Shown: positions 26,850 to 41,977 of the stretch, one piece after another | Layout of the letters: each line of letters starts with the position of its first letter | Position numbering within the stretch: the first letter of the stretch is position 1 | Source: Octopus vulgaris | Taxonomy: Eukaryota | Length of the DNA stretch: 64,000 nucleotides | NCBI GenBank assembly: GCA_951406725.2 | Contig: OX597819.1 | Location: 19,282,001-19,346,000, forward strand | Reading direction: 5' to 3' | Notes under the pieces: model-generated | The model's input: only the letters and a program-made list of their open reading frames with translations | The model's database searches: none | What the model was told of the DNA's origin: nothing | Position numbers and translations under genes: made by a program

Positions 26850-27946
26850 AATAAATACAGTACATATTGCATAATATATATTTCTCAGCAGATGGAGTTC
26901 ATTTTGCGTGTTTGCCTTCAGTGCCTAAAGCTCCTGTCACCAAAATAGTTTCGATATCCGGAGACCGTGCCAAATTGCCAGCATCCAAGCAGACACAACT
27001 ATTGGTTTTATTCCGAAATAGTCTCATGAACATTTTGACCTAAATAAAAGGACGGTAAGCTGATCTTTAGAATCCGCCCCCACATCTTTCTTCTAACATG
27101 TGCATTAGGATTGCTGATATAAAAGTAATCGACAAGGGATCTTTTATTAACAGTGATGGTGATAAACAAATCGTCCCCACTCGTACGTAATATGAGACGA
27201 GAATATATTCCACTACACTGTACCTGTCCTTATCTGTCATCAGGTAAAATAATCCTTGACTGATTTCCTTTTGTTTTTTTAAGAACTGTTGAAGATTTCG
27301 TCAATTACGTCAGTGACCAGTAAAGAGGAGAGAAGCTGAAAGCGATTAAAATGGTAGTGGAAGTGGGGTAACTGGTTTGTTATAGCTTAGGATGTGAAGG
27401 ACTGTAGCGAATTGACGAGCCGAATACATAGTCTCACCCGTACATGGGCTGTGATAGATTTATTCCTGGAACCTGGTAAACGTCTACATCAAATTAAATT
27501 TTGGCACAAGGCCAGCAATTCCGAGGAATGGGTCAAGTCAGTGCCGCTAAATATTTTGCCCGGCCTCCTAACAACTCTCTCAGCTCACCAACATATATCC
27601 ATCATTTATAAGTACGTGACAGAAGTTGATTGCACCAGGTAATTACTCACGACCGAGTGTATGCTGAGATTGTGACATCAGCAAGAATTTCTTGGCACCA
27701 TCGCTTGTTAAACGTGTTTTATCCCATCTCGACTGCTTCATAGAGCAAAAGTCCTGGTTTAAACCCTAATTGTCGTTAAGTGTTTACAGCAATAGAGGTC
27801 TGTTTATAATTTTTATTATACGGGTGAACATCTGTAAACATATAAATATATATATTTCTATATTCCGGATGTTTTACAATATACATTCACCTATACATAC
27901 AAGCTTGCGAGAATGATAAGCTCTATACTTAAATAAACTATATATG

Positions 27947-28001
<55 letters not shown>

Positions 28002-28352
28002 GTGTGTGTGTGTGTGCGTGTGTGTTTATACCATGCAGTTAAAAATAAGATATAGAAACACACACAATTTTGTGTCCCATTTAAATGTAGATGTCAGCTT
28101 ATAAATACCACGGAAACAAACACACCATTTCAACACATATACTTTAGTATAGAGTAATTATACACTCACTCACACGCGCTGAAATATTGGTGAAGACACT
28201 GTAGTATGTAACAGTTCTGAGAATTCTATGTTTATACATAGAAAATTATATGTATATAATTATATATCATACTTATAGATATGTTTAATAGAAAACTTTT
28301 AAACATTATAACTGTACATATATGTGCAGCTACCCCTATAAATATATGCAGA

Positions 28353-28413
<61 letters not shown>

Positions 28414-28414
28414 G

Positions 28415-28469
<55 letters not shown>

Positions 28470-28669
28470 TGTAATATATGCATTTATGTATATTTGCATG
28501 CTGCATTGGAATAAATATGAAAGACTGCAAGGGAATAATTTGAATTTAATATATATGGAAATTATTTCACTGTGTGTTTAGCATTCTATACATATGTATG
28601 GCTTTCTCTGTGTGCAAAGATACATCCATCCATCCATCCAATCATCTATCCAACCATACTTACATACAG

Positions 28670-28717
<48 letters not shown>

Positions 28718-28786
28718 GCATATATACATATATATATATATGTATGTATATACATATACCTGCATACATACATACATACATATATT

Positions 28787-28853
<67 letters not shown>

Positions 28854-29829
28854 GAATGTGTGTTCCTGTAAATACAAGAGTTACTGTAATTATGGCACAA
28901 ATAGTTTTCAGTTGTGACGAGAATTCACAGTTTTGTGCAAAGCAGTTAACGGAGAACCCAATATACCCTGGAATTCTTCATTTTTGTAAAAGAGGCAAAT
29001 TCTGATATCCCTTTAGCATTGAAATGTTAAATATACATATTTCAGAATATTTTTATCATTTATGTGTACTATTTTGTATTGGTTTTATTACTCAGAGTTG
29101 TATTTTCTTGCTAATGTATTTTTATATTTATTTAATGTTTTCCATTAGAAACTGTCATTATGAAATAACGAGAAAATTCTCAATGTACTAGAAATGCCGC
29201 AGCATAAAGAATGAAGACTGTAGTAGCAAGAAATAAATCGGAAATCTTTTAGTCATGTCACAAGTCGCGAACATTTCATGCAACTTAAAGCTTCAGGCTC
29301 GGTTAAACGCCATCCTGCCAGTCTAAAACGCCAGCAACAAGCGGACATTTTGAATCTTACACTGCATTAAAACATCACTTAGTTATTATTGAAATTTCTT
29401 TCTCGAGAAATTCTAATAATTTTATTAAATGGAATTAAAATGCAAAATGGAACTCTTAGATGACCTCACGTAATCAAAATAGATGGAACACTTTCTAATA
29501 AAGCCATTGTTTGTATTTGGATATAACCATAAAATATACTTTAAATTTGGTTTTTGTATTTTGCTTGGAATATTCTTAATGTGAACTCGAGCGTCGAAAT
29601 ATATTTGCTGTGTCTAGTGAAGGTCATCATACCAAAATTAAATTTGAGATTATTATTATTGGAATATTCACAGTATCGGGATACGACATCTACCTTCTAC
29701 GGAAACGATCGTGATTTTTAAAGATTATTTAAAAAATTATATTCATGGAATTAAATTCAGAGAGAACTTTATACGTAATTCGAAGCTTCTCTGCTTCGTG
29801 TTAGCTAGAGCAAGTACTGTATCGAATCC

Positions 29830-30060
29830 TAGCAATCATAGGAACAGTTACTCTCTTTCCATGACATATAAATAACCGAGAGCACAACATTCTTCCCGTA
29901 AATAGAACGCTAGTCCAGGTTGTTGCTCATTGACCAACGCAGAGCAACTGACCAACGTGAAATGAAGTGTTATGTCCAAGAGCACAACACTTCACCCGGT
30001 CTGGAAATCGAAACCACGATCTTTTAATCGTGACTGCCACCCCTTAACCACTAGGCTACA
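29830..30060 (-). mobile_element. Degenerate tRNA/Meta-like SINE
   Basis: GGAAATCGAAACCACGATC..CTTAACCACTAGGC head; CAACGTGAAATGAAGTG core. Confidence 0.6.
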
Positions 30061-31074
30061 AGCATTCTCTTGAAATGAAATATAGTCGAGTGCTTAATTG
30101 ATACTAGCGGAGAAGGGTGAAATATTGAAACGATCTTGTCAGGATATCAGCCAAGAATAGAGTAGGATTCGCTAGAATAATTGTTTTTAACAACGCCACA
30201 TGGTAAGAAGTATATTTATAGAAGGAGAAAGGGTTATCTATTGCTGGCTGAATCAATTGATCAAGCTGAATTTGGCAGATTTTGATCTAAGTACGTTAAG
30301 AAACAAAATAAATAACGAAGCAATTCTAAGGATATGCCAGTTAATCCCTCTGAATAAAAGTAATATTTTTAAAACTGCTACTGACAGTATAATCAACATA
30401 TTAATACAAAAAAAATAATAATAAAAATAAGCGAGCTTACAGAATCCTTACTGTGCCGGACAAAAATGCTTAGTAGCATAATTTCTGGATATTTCTATAC
30501 TGAGTTCAACTTCACATTTTATCCTTTCAAGGTCAAAGCTATGAATACCAATTTAAATAAATCGGTCACCTCTTGGCATGGATGTAATCGACTAAAGTTC
30601 GCCTATTCAAAACATTTGACGATCATTTGCTGAAATTTGAAAGGATTATCCACAAAATTAAAATGGAGAATTAAAGAGATATAAAAACTTGACAACAAAG
30701 TGTTAAGCAATGGTGATAAGTAAGGCAAGTTTAATGATGTTGGAAAAGGAAGAGGTAAATATTTGATACATATAAACCCAAATGAGCACAATATAGATAT
30801 GCATGAATAGAGAAAATGCAAATATACTCGCGCATACAAGAATAGTCGAGCCCATATCTTAGTGTCAGTGGATGCATATGTGCATAAATTTAGGTATATC
30901 AATAGATATATACATATATATACACACATATATCTATATATACACACACACACACACACACATATATATACATATATATACATATATATATACATATATA
31001 TACATATATATATACATATATATATATATATGTAAATATATGAATATCTATATATATACATACAAATATAGATG

Positions 31075-31113
<39 letters not shown>

Positions 31114-31756
31114 ATATGTATGTATGTATGTATGTAAACAGAGTTAGCAGTTTAGTGATTACAGTAACCAACTAAGGGATAAAATATCCGTAGATACTAT
31201 CGGTATCCGATACTGTATTATCCCTAGGCATAGGCGTGCCGGCACACCATATATGTGGAGCTCAGATAACAACAGGTTAAACAGGAGTTTATCAGGAACC
31301 AATGCAAATAATTCGAAAATGGAGAAAACCATAGATTTACAAGCACATCGACTATATGCTAGTATAAAATAAAGAATGTCACGATGTGTGCGAAAAATAT
31401 ATTCATTTCACCAGTCGATCTCCATAAGATTGCAACACACCACAATGCATTGGTTTTCTATAGAGTGTGTTCGTTTAACATACTAATTCTATGTATAGGT
31501 TTACAAACCACTATTTGCTGTTTTGTAGCATGCTCCACTGAAAGACGTGTTTTGTAACTACCAGAGGATTAGATAAATCCACACGTTGTGCATTAAATTA
31601 TGTATATAATTAAGATTTAGTTGGGGCACCGAGCCATTCAGTATCGTCCGCACAGCTCCAAGGTAGGTGAACAGATTTTACCTGAAGTTCCCTGTTACTT
31701 ATTTACATTATATATATATATATATATATATACATATATATACAATTTATATAAAT

Positions 31757-31803
<47 letters not shown>

Positions 31804-31820
31804 TATATACACATATACAT

Positions 31821-31893
<73 letters not shown>

Positions 31894-31972
31894 AATATGT
31901 ATATTTACATATATACGTATATATATACATGTATATGTATATATATGTATATATATATATATATATATATAA

Positions 31973-32008
<36 letters not shown>

Positions 32009-32400
32009 ATCGGTGTGTGTGCGTTTGTGTATATCGAAGCGTTGGTAAAATTCCCCAAAAATATTTAGAAAAATCCTTAAATAAAATTATTGTAAATACA
32101 AAAATTATGCGATATCCTCTTCTTTTCGTTGTTATCAGTTTAGTTGTACAGTTCCTGGTCAGCCTCTTTCAACTGGTCATATAACAAGAAGGTGTTCTTG
32201 TCAACACTACCACAATCTTTATACGCACATCCTGTTCATATTTACTGTATTAAATTCTTAAATCATTAGTTCACACCATATTTCCTTAGTCGATAGTACG
32301 TGTTGTGCGAAATTTTAGGGTCTTCATTCGCACAGATTTAGTGACCAAAGAAATTCCTGCTGTTTGACCTGTAAAGTATGCTGGTCAAATGCACTGTATT

Positions 32401-32784
32401 GGAAGCACTCCGTCGGTTACGACGACGAGGGTTCCGGTTGATCCGAATCAACGGAACAGCCTGCTCGTGAAATTAACGTGTAAGTGGCTGAGCACTCCAC
32501 AGACACGTGTACCCTTAACGTAGTTCTCGGGGATATTCAGCGTGACACAGAGAGTGACAAGGCCGGCCCTTTGAAATACAGGTACAACAGAAACAGGAAG
32601 TAAGAGTGAGAGAAAGTTGTGGTGAAAGAGTACAGCAGGGATCACCACCATCCCCTGCCGGAGCCTCGTGGAGCTTTAGGTGTTTTCGCTCAATAAACAC
32701 TCACAACGACCGGTCTGGGAATCGAAACCGCGATCCTATGACCGCGAGTCCGCTGCCCTAACCACTGGGCCATTGCGCCTCCAC
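32401..32784 (-). mobile_element. Young full-length tRNA-derived SINE (family C) with 10-bp TSD
   Basis: Head GGAGGCGCAA-TGGCCCAGTGG..GGTTTCGATTCCC; TSD GCACTGTATT at 32391-32400 and 32785-32794. Confidence 0.9.
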
Positions 32785-33114
32785 GCACTGTATTATACAT
32801 AGGAGCATACCGTCGGTTACGACGACAAGGGTCCCAGCTGATACGATCAACGGACCTGCTTGCTCGTGAAATTAACGTGCGTGTGGCTGGGCACTCCACA
32901 GACACATGTACACCTAATATGCTTCTCAGGGAGATTTAGCGTGACGTAGAGTTTGATATGGCTGGCCATTTGAAATACAGGTTCAACTAATTTTTTCCAG
33001 CTAGGTGGACTGAAGTAAGGAATTGAGCTCACGACCTTACGATCGTGAGGCGAATAACATAACCACTGAACCACGCCCCTTCACACATAGACAATCTCAC
33101 AGCTACAGATATAT

Positions 33115-33337
33115 TTTTCTTTACTGCCCACAAGGGGCTAAACATAGAGGGGACAAACAAGGACAGACGAAGGGATTGAGTCGATTATATTGCCCCCAGT
33201 GCGAAACTGGTACTTTATTTATCGACCCCGAAAGGATGAAAGGCAAAGTGACCTCGGCGGAATTTGAACTCAGAACGTAACGACAAACGAAATACAGCTA
33301 AGCATTTCACCCGGCGCGCTAACGTGTCTGCCAGCTC
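33115..33337 (-). mobile_element. Family B SINE
   Basis: Matches 20326-20559. Confidence 0.85.
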
Positions 33338-33675
33338 ATATAAACACGCATGTACATACGTACACAATCACTTTCATATGTTCGCATACACGTACAAACA
33401 AACAAGTATATACATGCAATCATTACTACCTTTTGACAGAAACACGCATAGAGGTTGCAGGCATTCGTTCATACCCACACGTATCAAAAAGTTACTCTCG
33501 CATGCATTCACTGGAAAGATCTATACGCAAATATACTCACACACGTAAATACAACCCTAAACAAATACAACCCTATATACACACGTAAATACACGTAAAT
33601 ACAACCTTAAACAAAACACATAGACACACAAACGCAGATACATACATGCATATATACGTACATACAAACATATAC

Positions 33676-33726
<51 letters not shown>

Positions 33727-34375
33727 AGGTCGTGAGTTCAATTGCAAGCGACGGGTTGTGTCCTTGATCAAGACACTTTATTTCACGTTGCATCAGTCCA
33801 CTCGGCTGACAAAAATGAGTTCTATCTGTATTTCAAAGGGCCAATCATGTCACATTCTGTGTCACGCTGGAACTCCCAGAGAACTAGATTAAGCGCACAT
33901 TTGTCTGTGGAGTGCCCAGCTATTCGCACGTTAATTTCACGAGCAAGCTGTTCCGTTGATCGTACCAGCTGGGACCCTCGTCGTCGTAACCGACCGAGTG
34001 CTCCTATACATATTACAATGCATGTGACCTGCAAACTTTAATGGTCAAGCAACAAGTATATCGTTGGTCGCTAAATTTGTGCGAATGAAGACCCAAATAT
34101 TTCGCACAACACATGCTATCGTCTAAGGAACTATGGTGCGACAAAATAATTTAAGAATTTAATACAGTAAATATGAACAGGATCTCCGTATAAAGGTTGT
34201 GTTAGTGATGACAAGACAAAATTTATTATATGATAAGCTGAAAGGGGCTGACCTGGAACTGTACAACTAAACTGACAGCAAAGAAAAAAAGAGGACATCG
34301 CATAACTTTTGTATTTGCAATAATTTCATTTAAGGACTTTTCGGAATATATATACGAGAAAATATTCGTATTGAC

Positions 34376-34406
<31 letters not shown>

Positions 34407-34460
34407 ATGTGTGTATGTGTCTGTGTGTGTGTGTGCGTGTGCGTGTGTGTGTTTGTGTGT

Positions 34461-34750
34461 GGAGGCGCAATGGCCCAGTGTTTAGGGCAGTGGACTCGTG
34501 GTCGGAGGATCGGTGTTTCGTTTCCCAGACCGGGCGTTGTGCGTGTTTATTGAGCGAAAATACCCAAAGTTCCACGAGGTGGTGGTGACCCCTGATGAAC
34601 TCTTTCGCCCCAAATTTCTCTCACTCTTTCTTCCAGTTCCTTGAGTTACGCTGCGATGGACTGGCACCCCGTCCAGCTGGGGGAAAGACGTACGCCATAG
34701 TAACCGGGAAACCGGGTTCATGAGCCTGGTTAGGCTTGAAAAGGGCACAT
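34461..34750 (+). mobile_element. Family C head with Meta-like domain tail
   Basis: Same head as 32401-32784, then GCTGCGATGGACTGGCACCCCGTCCAG..TACGCCATAGTAACCGGG, resembling the MetaSINE central domain. Confidence 0.75.
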
Positions 34751-34761
34751 ATATAAAAACA

Positions 34762-34850
<89 letters not shown>

Positions 34851-35151
34851 AGAGACGGAATGAGAGAGAGTGACAGAGAGAGGGAGAGACAGATATATGT
34901 ATATATATATATATGCATATATATAGTTGGACATTCTGATAGAATCTTTCGTGCGTAAACATCCACCTTCTTCAGATAGACTAAACATAAATCTAATCAG
35001 GATATCATTGGACTGAAGGGTAGCCGATGGTATACATCGCACTTGGATTATACCACTTCCGAGGCTCAGTTTGAAATATATATCGCCCTGATCTTTCATA
35101 CACGATTCCGTAAAATTCATACATACATACATACATACATATATACATATA

Positions 35152-35270
35152 TCACGTGATCACATGACCGACCAGAGCATCAGATGTTGTTACACATCGC
35201 TGGTCACAATGCGTCCGCATTGTTTTAGCCTTCGAATGACGCCACCCCGCTGGCTAAGCGAGCAGGCCAA
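35152..35270 (-). mobile_element. 119-bp mini element, copy 3
   Basis: Reverse complement of 26686-26804 with a few changes. Confidence 0.8.
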
Positions 35271-35297
35271 TATATATACATATATAAATATATATAT

Positions 35298-35410
<113 letters not shown>

Positions 35411-35519
35411 GTATGTATGTATATATATATACATGTATATATATTCATATATATATATATATATATATATGTATACACACACACATCGTTAATCTTTTAT
35501 CTGTTACTGGATAAAGCCC

Positions 35520-35740
35520 CGGGTGGGGCTCAAGCTGTGCATCACATGTAGTTATTCGATGTTTTTTCCAGTATTGTTTTTGGTGAAGTGATGAGTTGGA
35601 CGGAGCTTCTCTTCTTTGCGTCTACTGCACCGATGTGGGTTCATCTGGCCTCGCAGTTAAGAACCTGTCCAGAAGTTCCTTGAAATCTTCCACATCAATA
35701 AATTGTAGATCTCGAAAGTTGGCTGGAAGGAAGTTGAACA
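35520..35740 (-). mobile_element. 3' end of CR1/L2-like LINE
   Basis: Minus-strand translation [34 protein letters not shown] matches the typical post-RT 'W/FN.LP...FK..LD.FL' C-terminus. Confidence 0.7.
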
Positions 35741-35749
35741 TATATATCC

Positions 35750-35802
<53 letters not shown>

Positions 35803-35807
35803 TATCC

Positions 35808-35844
<37 letters not shown>

Positions 35845-35888
35845 TATATATCTAAATATATATGTATATATATATATCCTATTAAATG

Positions 35889-35931
<43 letters not shown>

Positions 35932-36039
35932 ATATATCTACCTATCTATCTAAGACAGGTACTTCAGTTTACCTACCTCGGTGGAATATACACTCAGTAT
36001 ATAACGAACCAGAAGAAATAGATATATATAAACATATAC

Positions 36040-36191
36040 AGGTGTGGTTGTGTGGTAAGAAGCTCGGTTCCCAATAACAGCGTTACGGATTCAATCCCAT
36101 TATGTCAAACCTGGGCAAGTAACGTCTACTTTAGCCTCGGGCCGACCAAAGTAATGCGTGTGCATTTCGTAGACGGAAACTGAAAGAATCC

Positions 36192-36195
<4 letters not shown>
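36040..36195 (+). mobile_element. Family A SINE 5' half
   Basis: GTGGTTGTGTGGTAAG..GGATTCAATCCC..CCTGGGCAAGT..GCCTCGGGCCGACCAAAG. Confidence 0.75.
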
Positions 36196-36244
<49 letters not shown>

Positions 36245-36429
36245 TGCGTGTGTGTGTGTGTGTGTATGTGTATATTCCCACACGATGCGCTTTTTCGGAT
36301 TCCATCCAAGAAACCCATTCATATGGCATTGGTCGCCACGAGGTTAGATTAGAAAATATTTATCCCAGATCACCCAGTATAATTTTAATTGAAAAACCAT
36401 TGTCGTATATATGTATGTATGTATGTATG

Positions 36430-36461
<32 letters not shown>

Positions 36462-37937
36462 CACATATATATATATAGATATATATATAGATAAATGTGT
36501 GTGTGTTTTTATAAATAAGTGAGTTGTGTATATGTGTGTGTGTGTGTGTGAAGGCAGAACGATAAATACTGCGGTTCGATTCGTTCAACCAAAATTCTTG
36601 AAGGTTGTGCCCCAGCATGGCCGTTGCCTAATGACTGATACCAGTAAAAGATAAAAAAAAAAGACGCACGTGTCGCGTGGGCGGACCATCACATTCACTC
36701 TACTAACTACGCAGCTGATAAAAGTATGGACCTGCAGGAGCGTATACGCACACAGAAACACACGCTCTCTCTCTCTCTTTCACACACACATACATACATG
36801 CATACATACATGCATACATACATACATACATACATACATACATACGTTTCTATATGCATATATATGTAACTCTGACAACGACAACGTAAAATACCAAGTA
36901 TGGTTTTTTAGCCGTTTAGAAATAGCAGCGAAGCTTCCTAAACGAATAGATTGGATATTTTTACGAAGGGCAAATTATACATAAAAAAGAAAATAAGATG
37001 AATAGCAGTGTTATTGTTGAAACAGTTTTGCGAAATTTTAGCCTTACAGGGTTTCCCTAGGTTGAATTAAAAAATAGTTCCTGTGTACAAACTACCCTCT
37101 ACTTTTAATCCTAGCATTATACTTGGTTTTAACAAAATATGCTCAACCAATTAGACAATTTAAGACTCCTGCCAAGGGTATATTTATTTTGCATTAATAC
37201 AGTATCAGGAGGATGAAGGAGGGATGTAGGGCAGCAGTTGGCATAAATTTTTAGAGCATCAGGCTTGAGGTTCTGGTAGGGTAACTGTTTCTAATCTGAG
37301 CATTTTAAGTTCAAATTGTGTCACAAATATCTGGGTGAAAATAGGACCCTTCTAAACTTGTGAACGATTACAATAAAGGCTGCGCAAAACATTGAGGATT
37401 CAAACATATATTTCAGGTAATTCGTCTCAATGCAAGAATATCAAATGAGAAGGCGGGCTGGAAGGGAATTGCTTCAATGGACCTCATCGAGAGGGCCCTT
37501 GGAGGGCTACAGAAGATTTTCTTGCTAATATTTATGAGCAATGAATTCATTACAATTATTTGCAATACCTAAAGAAGTTCAACAATATTTTAAATATAAT
37601 TCCTGATAGTATTTGATTATGAAAATATGATAGGATATTTGAAACATCAAAAAGATATGGGGATCGAATAGAGAATCAGATGGGCCAAAAAAAGAAAAAA
37701 AAATCTGGTTTACGCACAGCCCACACACCAAAATATTTGAGTGGCAGTGTATCTGTGTGTGCGTAAAGACAAATTTAAAAAAAACACAGAAACTTTGGGT
37801 TAAGAAGCAGAACAGAGAAGAGGAAATAAACAAAGGACTCATGTCCTACACTCATTGGCCTACAAAAGAGCAAAAATGCAAAAGCGACACGACACGAGAA
37901 TACATGGTGATATATTTCCTGGTCGAACGTGTTCTGA

Positions 37938-37985
<48 letters not shown>

Positions 37986-38057
37986 TATACATATAATATA
38001 TATATGCACGTATGTATGTATATATATATATGTGTATATATGTATATATATGTTTTT

Positions 38058-38128
<71 letters not shown>

Positions 38129-38149
38129 CCATAACTATATGTATATACG

Positions 38150-38182
<33 letters not shown>

Positions 38183-38265
38183 GTACATATATATGTTTTA
38201 ATACATATATAGGTGTGCATATATATATACATATATATACACAAACACGCACACATAAATATACA

Positions 38266-38320
<55 letters not shown>

Positions 38321-38911
38321 CATATATTTTCCAGCGTGTTAGTGCATGTGTATCTGTCTGTCTTCGTGTGTGTGTGTGTGTGTGTGTGTATGCATATATG
38401 TAAAAGAATATATAAGAAAGGTTTAAGAGTTCAATTCGCATACGACGACGCTATTTCAGACCCATTCTATAGCAACACCAGCTGATATTCTCTGTAACCA
38501 CAGGTGGGCAGATATCATATAGACATTGAAATGACTAGAAAATTCGTAGCTATATATCTGGTCAAAATAAATTATATAAGAAAATAGAAGTTTAATTTCA
38601 ATACTATATATATAGAAGAATACACAATGCATCCAAAGGCCCTTTGTCTCCCACGATATATACATATATACATATATACTTATATTTATATATAAAATGT
38701 AGTAGCCTGAAACGATTATACTACACTACCTTTGGATATCCTTGTTGCTTACTTTGATTATATATACATACATACATATATATATATATATATGGATAGA
38801 TAGATAGATAGATAGATAGATAGAGAGAAAGAGAGAGAGAGAGTGACTAAGAGAGAGATAAAGCACGATTTATTTTTGATCAGTGGTGTCTGTAAACCGA
38901 TGTTCTACTGC

Positions 38912-38985
<74 letters not shown>

Positions 38986-39463
38986 GTATATTATTTACAT
39001 ACACACAAGCACACACAACACACACAGACAAGTATATATGAATACACATACATATATTCCTGTCCTCTTTGAAACTTTAACGTGTCTCAGCCAAACAGCC
39101 GTGGCCATGTTCGTTGGAAGGCAGTGTCATCACCATGTGGATGCTCATTTCTTTGTGGGTAGCGCTTGGATAGCTCTGTGTGGGATTAGTTTATGGAGAG
39201 CCGCACATTGGAATAGGGACCAGAATGTATTTGTCGATAATGCTTTACACAATTTCATAAATATTATACCAAAATACATTTTCGCACACACAAACACACA
39301 CCATTGAATGAAAAAAGAACGAATGATGTACTCAGCAAAATTGATTGCATTCACATATATTTAGAAACGATATTGGACTGGGCTCAAAATAATTTGAAAT
39401 GATGTCCGTGAGTATTTGACAGCGGAGAGTAATGAGATGTGATCACCTTTTATTAATTATATG

Positions 39464-39519
<56 letters not shown>

Positions 39520-39630
39520 AGTGTGTGTGTATATATGTTTTTATATGTATATATAGAGATGAAGAAATGTGGCAGGTTGATAGATAAATGTATATATATA
39601 TATTTATATATATACATACATATACATACA

Positions 39631-39664
<34 letters not shown>

Positions 39665-39758
39665 CTCTAGACACACACATGTATATATATGCATGCGACT
39701 GCCTGTGTGTGTGTATGCGTGTGCAATGCGTTCCGTTGATTGTATACATACATATATA

Positions 39759-39822
<64 letters not shown>

Positions 39823-39864
39823 CATACATATATATACATACATGCATATATATATATATACATA

Positions 39865-39900
<36 letters not shown>

Positions 39901-40432
39901 TATATTACCTTAATATACGTCCCAGTAATATCACCAGGCTGAAATACATAATGAAATCCATATGACCAACCTGAAATGTTGTAGCATGGCCGTACAGTGA
40001 TGACCGCAACACAGATAATACAATAATATAGTATAATATGGCGTTATGATATATTAAATTTAATGCATATAAGAACATTTATTAAATCTTAGATTCACTC
40101 ACTCAATTCCCGTCTCCTGGTTCGGTTACTCATATTTCAATCATAAGTAAACACACACACGGACACAGAATGTCTCGGACACCTACATATATACATATAC
40201 TCACATCAACTTAGAGATGCACTTAGATGCACCCAGGACAGGGTGCAGCTAATGACTGCTGCAGGAGACTACCAACTAGCACTCATCAAGCGTGAACAGC
40301 AGTAGCTTCAGACCGGTGCAACTATTCTGTTTTATTGCTAGGTCGTCTTAAGCCCGCCTAGTGTGTATATAACGTGTGGATACATGCATGCAGGCACACA
40401 CACCCAGAAATATTAACACTCACACACATAAA

Positions 40433-40530
<98 letters not shown>

Positions 40531-40553
40531 ATATGTATATGTAGAGATTTATT

Positions 40554-40649
<96 letters not shown>

Positions 40650-40650
40650 A

Positions 40651-40810
40651 TCAAAAGTAAGCAACAAGAATGACTCCGAATCACCGGAGTCATTCTTGCT
40701 GCTTATTTTTGAATACAATCACGCCGCAAATATTTATGGGTAACACCATACAAAATTCTGGTGCATCTAAATTAAGTACCATATTCATTTGAATCTAAAT
40801 TGTAGCTGAT
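40651..40810. repeat. Interspersed repeat with terminal hairpin (40651-40712)
   Basis: TCAAAAGTAAGCAACAAGAATGACTCCG/CGGAGTCATTCTTGCTGCTTATTTTTGA; reverse complement of 58660-58787. Confidence 0.7.
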
Positions 40811-41103
40811 ATATATATATACACATATATATATATGTATGTATGTATTTATTAATTTCTGTATTGAAATCTATATTGATGTATATACCTTCTGGAATAC
40901 ATATATGTGTACATACATGTGTATAGCCATTTATATGCGTTTGTGTATACGTGAAAATGTATGCATATAAACGTTTATAAATATATTGTATATTTTGTGT
41001 GTGTGTGTGTGTGTGTCTGTCTGTCTGTGTTTCTGCACACATATCACAAATCTTTAACTAATAATGAACGCTCGTTTGCAGATAGCACTGATAACGTGAA
41101 TAA

Positions 41104-41204
<101 letters not shown>

Positions 41205-41299
41205 CAGCAGCACATCAGCAAGTGACTGTGCCACTCTGACTGATTTTAGTGAGTCCTGATCATACACGCTATCACATAGTTTTCTAGTCCAGGCATAAA

Positions 41300-41496
41300 G
41301 GACGAAGTTTATGGGGTGGGGGGCCAGTCGATTCGATCGACTGCAGTGCGCAGCTGGTACTTTATTCATCACCCCACGAAAAGATCAAAGGTAAAGACAA
41401 CCTCGACGGAATTTGAACTCAGCGCGTAAAGACAGACAAAAAAACCGCTAAGCATTTGGACCGGTGTGCTAACTTTTCTGCCAGCTCACCGTCTTA
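41300..41496 (-). mobile_element. Family B SINE
   Basis: CTGGTACTTTATT..GGAATTTGAACTCAG..TCTGCCAGCTC. Confidence 0.8.
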
Positions 41497-41577
41497 TAAG
41501 CTCTCACATACTCACACACACAAACATGTATATATATATATATATAGATATATACATATACATATAAATATACATAT

Positions 41578-41656
<79 letters not shown>

Positions 41657-41662
<6 letters not shown>

Positions 41663-41846
41663 CACGTGACCCAATAGACCATCAGATGTTGTTACACATC
41701 GCTGGTCACAATGCGTTCGCATTGTTTTAGCCTTCGAATGACGCCACCCCGCTGGCTAAGCGAGCAGGCCAACAGAAGAAGAGTGAGAGAAAGAGTGGTG
41801 AAAGTGTACAGCAGGGATCCCCCCTGCCGGAGCCTCGTGGAGCTTT
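41657..41846 (-). mobile_element. 5'-truncated family C SINE body fused to the 119-bp module
   Basis: 41773-41846 matches 32587-32677; 41657-41772 matches 35152-35270. Confidence 0.8.
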
Positions 41847-41850
41847 TAAT

Positions 41851-41969
<119 letters not shown>

Positions 41970-41977
41970 CATATATA

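Larger units (their letters stand above)
32068..34342. repeat. Old inverted duplication: arms ~32068-33040 (interrupted by a younger SINE) and ~33726-34342
   Basis: For example TCCTGTTCATATTTACTGTATTAAATTCTTAAAT / ATTTAAGAATTTAATACAGTAAATATGAACAGGA; each arm is an old SINE plus ~340 bp of shared flank. Confidence 0.85.
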
